Assembly: GCA_964252035.1 (NCBI GenBank)
Contig: OZ176206.1
Origin: Podarcis erhardii
Lineage: Eukaryota
Direction: 5' to 3' (one strand)
DNA length: 64,000 nucleotides
The position numbers were made by a program, and so were the translations under genes. Of this stretch, positions 59,801 to 64,000 are shown one piece after another. The notes under the pieces were generated by a model, which was given only the letters and a program-made list of their open reading frames with translations, ran no database searches and had not been told where the DNA came from. How positions within the stretch are numbered: position 1 is the first letter of the stretch; every line of letters starts with the position of its first letter.

Positions 59801-61830
59801 AAAGGAACAGAAGATTTTCACAAAACTGAGCACTGGCTGTTTTTGAGGCAAGGGCAGAGGAATCCGGGTGAGCATTGGCCCCAATGAAGAGCCAAGGGAA
59901 GAGGGAGAAATGCAAAGACTTCAAGGAGGCAGAAATAGGAAATAGAGGGAGAGGAGGACAGCCGGCAGAGAGCAAAACGGCGGGAGAGAATGGAGGCAGG
60001 AAAGAAGGACTTACGTCTCAGGAACCGGTTCCGGACCCACTTGTTCTGCTTTCGGGCGTACCTTTTGGTCACTATCTTCAGGGCCTGGATTCCTAAAATC
60101 ATAAACAGAGGAGAGGTCACAGAGGACAAGGACCCTGGGCAGGGAGCAAGCCTGGGAAAGGGGACGTGCTCACATATTGCAAGAACTGATGCCCCAAGGG
60201 GACAAAGGACAGATCCTTCTCAGCAAGACAGGGGAGGAGAAAACACCAAAAGAACCACCCTCTCGCAAAGAGTCTGAAACTGCAAAGCAGCATTTACACT
60301 GCAAATTCAAACCAGCCACTTCCCTCAAAGAATCTTGCCCATGCCACACAGGTGCTGGGAATTCTTTTCTAGAGGTCCAATTATTCTTCTCTGATTTTTT
60401 TCTCAGTGTTAGCTACACTGACCTAGATGGGCCAAGGGTCTGACCTGGTATAAAACAGTTCCCTACAGATGCAAAGTAGGGTTTTCAAAAGCAGCAGAAC
60501 GTTTGTTCCATCTGCAATACATAAATCCAAAATGTATGGCCGTGAAACCCAAAACTCGCTGGCCAAATGTTGAAAAACATTGCCCATCCCTTCCCTGCAG
60601 CAAAAGCGGCCCCTTTCCTGCCAGCCCGGTCCCCACCTTGGTTCAGGAGCTGCTGGCTCATCTCCTCTGAGCACTTGCCCTCTGCAATCAGGAACTGGTG
60701 GAATTCCTTGAAGCCGATGGACTGGAAAATGCCGTGCTGATAATCCTGGCTGAGGCAGAAGAAGGGGGGGGGGGAAGCAGGCAGGTCAGCCTGTTCTCCA
60801 TCTGCAAAACACCACAAGCCCCTCTGCGCACTGGGGGCTGAGATCCAGGCTGGCCAGTCCGTCAGGCGACAGGTACACCTGTTCCAGCCATTATGAGCCA
60901 TGCACAGGGTGCATTTCAGATCAAGTCGCAGCACTTCAGAAGTAGAAAACCGCTGCATGGGTGCTTGGTGCTCTCTGCCACTCCCCCCCCCCCCCCCCAG
61001 CATCCTGCAACCACACTGAGTCCCAGTCTTTGACCTCTATCCCCATCCTGGGTGGATGAATGCCAGGACAGGAAGTGGCAAGGTGGGCTGTGGGGGGAGA
61101 TGGGAAGAAACTAACCTGTTCTCATCTACCCTCTCCTGGTTATATCGCTGGTGGAAGTTCCGCAGCTCTCCCAGCAGCCCAGCCTCCAGCATCGCATCTA
61201 CCCGCTGGTCCAGCCGTTCTTCTAGAACTGATGAGCACCCAGAAGGTTAAGGATGCAGCCACGCAAAGGGACGCCCCACCCCATGGAACAGGTTGGGAAA
61301 TATCGCTCTGGATGCCACGGGCAAAATCAGGTCACACATGGCACCAAGCCACATCATCCACCTGATCTCAGAGGGTGAGAGGGAAGCAGCATCGCTAGTT
61401 CCTCCATTCGTTCTCTGGAATAATCTGGTTGGTTTGGAATTTACTGGGGGCTGGGGAAGTGGCCCACCTCTCCAACCCCTGAAATGGACCAGGTAATTTT
61501 CTAAAAATGCATACTATGCAAAAGCCAGGAATATTCACATTTTTCATGCAGATTAAGTGGGCCTTGTAAAAGGATCTGAAAAGCAACATTTTCACCACTG
61601 CCCAGGGGGTGGAGGACAGGTGTAGGCAAAGCAGGAAGAAATACTCAGTCGAAGGGCTGTGGCCTTTAGTCCCTCCCTCTTTTTTACCTGCCTGCTCTGC
61701 ATGTAGCCAGAGGATGCAAGGGTTGGGGTACTTCAGGGGGCCGCTCAGCGGCCCTCCCCCTTCTTCCTGCTGCTGCTGCTGCAGTAGCTCGCTGTGGGGG
61801 ATGCCCGTTTTTTCAAACACTTGCAAACTC
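53726..61830 (-). CDS. TRIT1: tRNA dimethylallyltransferase (tRNA isopentenyltransferase 1), partial: exons 5-11, complement(join(53726..53892,55908..56034,58340..58449,60015..60092,60637..60749,61116..61227,61688..61830))
   Basis: Seven phase-consistent GT-AG exons (143,112,113,78,110,127,167 nt) translate [14 protein letters not shown]...[17 protein letters not shown]...[17 protein letters not shown]...[10 protein letters not shown]...[25 protein letters not shown]. This matches the TRIT1/Mod5 core and C-terminal matrin-type zinc finger. Exons 1-4 were not found in the window. Confidence 0.95.
54659..54794. mobile_element. Palindromic ~135-bp hAT-type MITE (best copy of a family with about 20 copies in the window)
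   Basis: TIR CAGGCATAGGCAA/TTGCCTATGCCTG; 8-bp TSD GCCTCAGG/GCCTCAGA; internal CCTCCAGATGTTTTG..ACTACAA..CCCATCA palindrome. Relatives near 1930, 2867, 4060, 17551, 20890, 24617, 32575, 34990, 35580, 37333, 41800, 42955, 44960, 46415, 48860, 49330, 53147, 55270, 56630, 62080. Confidence 0.85.
55908..56034 (-). CDS. TRIT1: TRIT1 exon 10 ([42 protein letters not shown])
   Basis: AAG acceptor (ttcctcgcaag), G|gtgaag donor, 127 nt; zinc-finger CxxC half. Confidence 0.9.
58340..58449 (-). CDS. TRIT1: TRIT1 exon 9 ([36 protein letters not shown])
   Basis: ctctag acceptor, CAG|gtacgt donor, 110 nt. Confidence 0.94.
60015..60092 (-). CDS. TRIT1: TRIT1 exon 8 ([26 protein letters not shown])
   Basis: ttttag acceptor, C|gtaagt donor, 78 nt. 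Confidence 0.94.
60637..60749 (-). CDS. TRIT1: TRIT1 exon 7 ([38 protein letters not shown])
   Basis: cctcag acceptor, AAG|gtgggg donor, 113 nt. Confidence 0.94.
61116..61227 (-). CDS. TRIT1: TRIT1 exon 6 ([38 protein letters not shown])
   Basis: catcag acceptor, AG|gttagt donor, 112 nt. Confidence 0.94.
61688..61830 (-). CDS. TRIT1: TRIT1 exon 5 ([47 protein letters not shown])
   Basis: ctgcag acceptor, G|gtaaaa donor, 143 nt. Confidence 0.94.
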
Positions 61831-63745
61831 CTGCAGGCAAAAAAGACAGGCAGGCAGGTTGAGTGGGCAGAAGAGCATTTGGCCTCCCTCCCTCAAGCTT
61901 CACGCCTGGTGGGGGACAGGCATGGCTGACTTAGACAGGACTGCCATGAGGCAGAAATCCCGCCCCCCATCCCTCTGGCACAAGTGAGATGCTTTTGAAC
62001 GTGCAAAAATCTATCTTTAGAGCATTCCTTTCCTGTTGGCCACAACCAATCCTGACAATTGCTAGGAAGGGAAACCTGCAGGCCTTTGCGGGTTGTGGGA
62101 CTCCAACTCCCATCAGCCCCAGCCACCATGGCCACTGAACAGGGATGATGGGAACTGCAGGCAGTAACAGCCGGGGGGGGGCACAAATTCTCCACCTGCT
62201 GGCTTAATGTGGACGCCCAGGGGGGAACCCTGAGGCCCTTGCAGATGTTGCTGGCATGCAGCTTCCATCTGCTCTGACCAGTGACCATGCTATCCAGGGA
62301 TGAAAGGAGCTGAAGTCCAGCCACATCTGGAGGGCATCAAGTGCTCAACCGCTGGGAAGAAGGAAGCTAGCTGAGCAGGCCACTGTGAGCCCCAGGAATC
62401 CACAAGGCACCTAGGATGCATACAGCTTCTCTCAAAGATGCAAACCCCTTTGCTGGAGAAGGGCAGGCAGCACCTTTCAGCTGAGGAGCAACTCAGCTCC
62501 ATTCTCCTTCTGGGCTCACACGACTGCCTTCCTCTCAGACAGGCAGCACAGTACCCAAGTCGGGGGGGGGGGTGCTTTTTGGAGCTGTAGCAATGGAGAA
62601 CACTGCTACCCCTGAAGGCAGCTTGGTGGACAAGTGTTCATGCAACAGGACTCACATAAAAAAACAGGTATTACCATGAACAGCAAGACCGCCAAGGAAG
62701 GCAGTCCAACGTGACACAAGCCCCAAGGAGCCCACACAAAAACTGCTGCCAGAGGCCAGCAAGCCAGTAACATGATATCTCAATCAGCCGGATGCTGCTG
62801 CCTTCCCCCACCCCCAATGTAGGGAGCAGAACAGCCAGCCAGCTTTTTGTGAAGTCACCAGAGATGCCTTTAGCGGCTACGGTGAAATTCCCAGCGTTTG
62901 TGTCGACGTTGATATTAGCTCCTAGTTCCCAGCTGGGCAAAAAGCTAAGTGCTGGGCCCAGACACGAAGATGAGTGAAGAATCTTGCCTTTAATAATAAT
63001 AATAATTATTAAATTAACATACTGTCCTTCATCTGAAGATCTCAGGGCAGCTCACAAGACAGGCTGCACAGCCTTCTGATGGTGGGTGTTGTGGGTGTGT
63101 GACGTTTGGGGTGAGCACAGGGTACAACGTCTTCCCCATGTTCCCTGATCCTAAAGTGTGGCCTATTGCACAAGAAAGAGAGAGTGTGTGCTCTGGCATC
63201 TCACAGGGGACAGTCTCCAGGGGGTGGCCTAGCCCTAACGTAGGGTAGCTCAAGGCTCATTTGGGATATGCATGTAAACTTCCGTTCCTTACTCAGGCTG
63301 TTGTAATAAAAAAGGAACTGGGAACAAAGAAGTCACTCTGGCCTCATGCATAAAACAGCCCCAGTCCTTGATTCTGTGCTCAGTTTGTAAAGCAAGAGGA
63401 AGGCAGCTCCACCCCGCTCTCCCAAATTCTCAGGAGAAAATCATCCCCAGCAACCAGCCAGCCAGCCAAGAAGTCCCAGGGCTATGCAGGACAGCTCTGG
63501 CTCAGCCCCATCCCAGACACACCCCTGATCCATGTGAACGGGGTGGGTGTCTCTCTGCCTGGCTCCCAGGCAGGGCATGGCAGGGCAGGTCCGGCTAAGG
63601 CGGCAAGCTGAGGCTCGTCACTGCCCCATTTCCCACAGAGCTGCGGCACGCAGTCCAGCCGGAAAGGTGGCTTTCTCTCTTGCTGAAGTGAAAAGCATCA
63701 GCCAACACCAGCAGAGGAGCAGAGCAGCTGGCAGGGGGGCGCGGG

Positions 63746-63750
<5 letters not shown>

Positions 63751-63776
<26 letters not shown>
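63751..63776. repeat. (TG)n microsatellite
   Basis: Direct reading. Confidence 0.93.
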
Positions 63777-64000
63777 CAGCGGCTGCTTTGCAATGCATGA
63801 AACAAAAAGGCAGGAGGGGAGGGGAAGCAGTTCACCTCCAGGGCAGCCTGCTTGAAGCCCTGGAGGGAGGAGGCTCTGCAACCGGGGAAGGAAGAACTGA
63901 CTGTAAAAAAAGAAAGAGCATTCGCTGTAGGCCAGGCAGGAAGAGTGCAGAACCCCACAGCTGGCTTTGTGGTCACGGCTGTGCAGGCAGGGAGAGCGGA

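Noticed and set aside
61831-64000. TRIT1 exon 4 (…KLHPHDKRKVAR)
   Set aside because: Not found on the minus strand; the gene continues beyond the window.

Overview
Squamate genomic DNA, probably from a lacertid lizard (inferred from Sauria-type and Squam3-type SINEs). Two convergent protein-coding genes are present. (1) A complete 10-exon CYRI/FAM49-family gene on the + strand (CDS 33612-43371, 323 aa). It is closest to CYRI-A but shares several residues with CYRI-B, and its position next to TRIT1 suggests a third ohnolog from the MYCL paralogon. (2) The 3' part (exons 5-11) of TRIT1 on the - strand (53726-61830); exons 1-4 lie beyond the window. The first ~22 kb is repeat-rich intergenic or 5' sequence. 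It holds a very young Penelope-like retroelement with 272-bp inverted pseudo-LTRs, a 12-bp TSD and two minimal hammerhead ribozymes. It also holds a nested stack: a 5'-truncated L1 carrying two mariner MITEs and a ~2-kb RT-less, L1-mobilised (HAL1-like) element with stop-start-coupled ORFs. About 20 palindromic hAT MITEs, SINEs, CR1/L2/BovB fragments, microsatellites and a 174-N assembly gap complete the window. All homology statements come from hand translation and recalled reference sequences; no database search was run.
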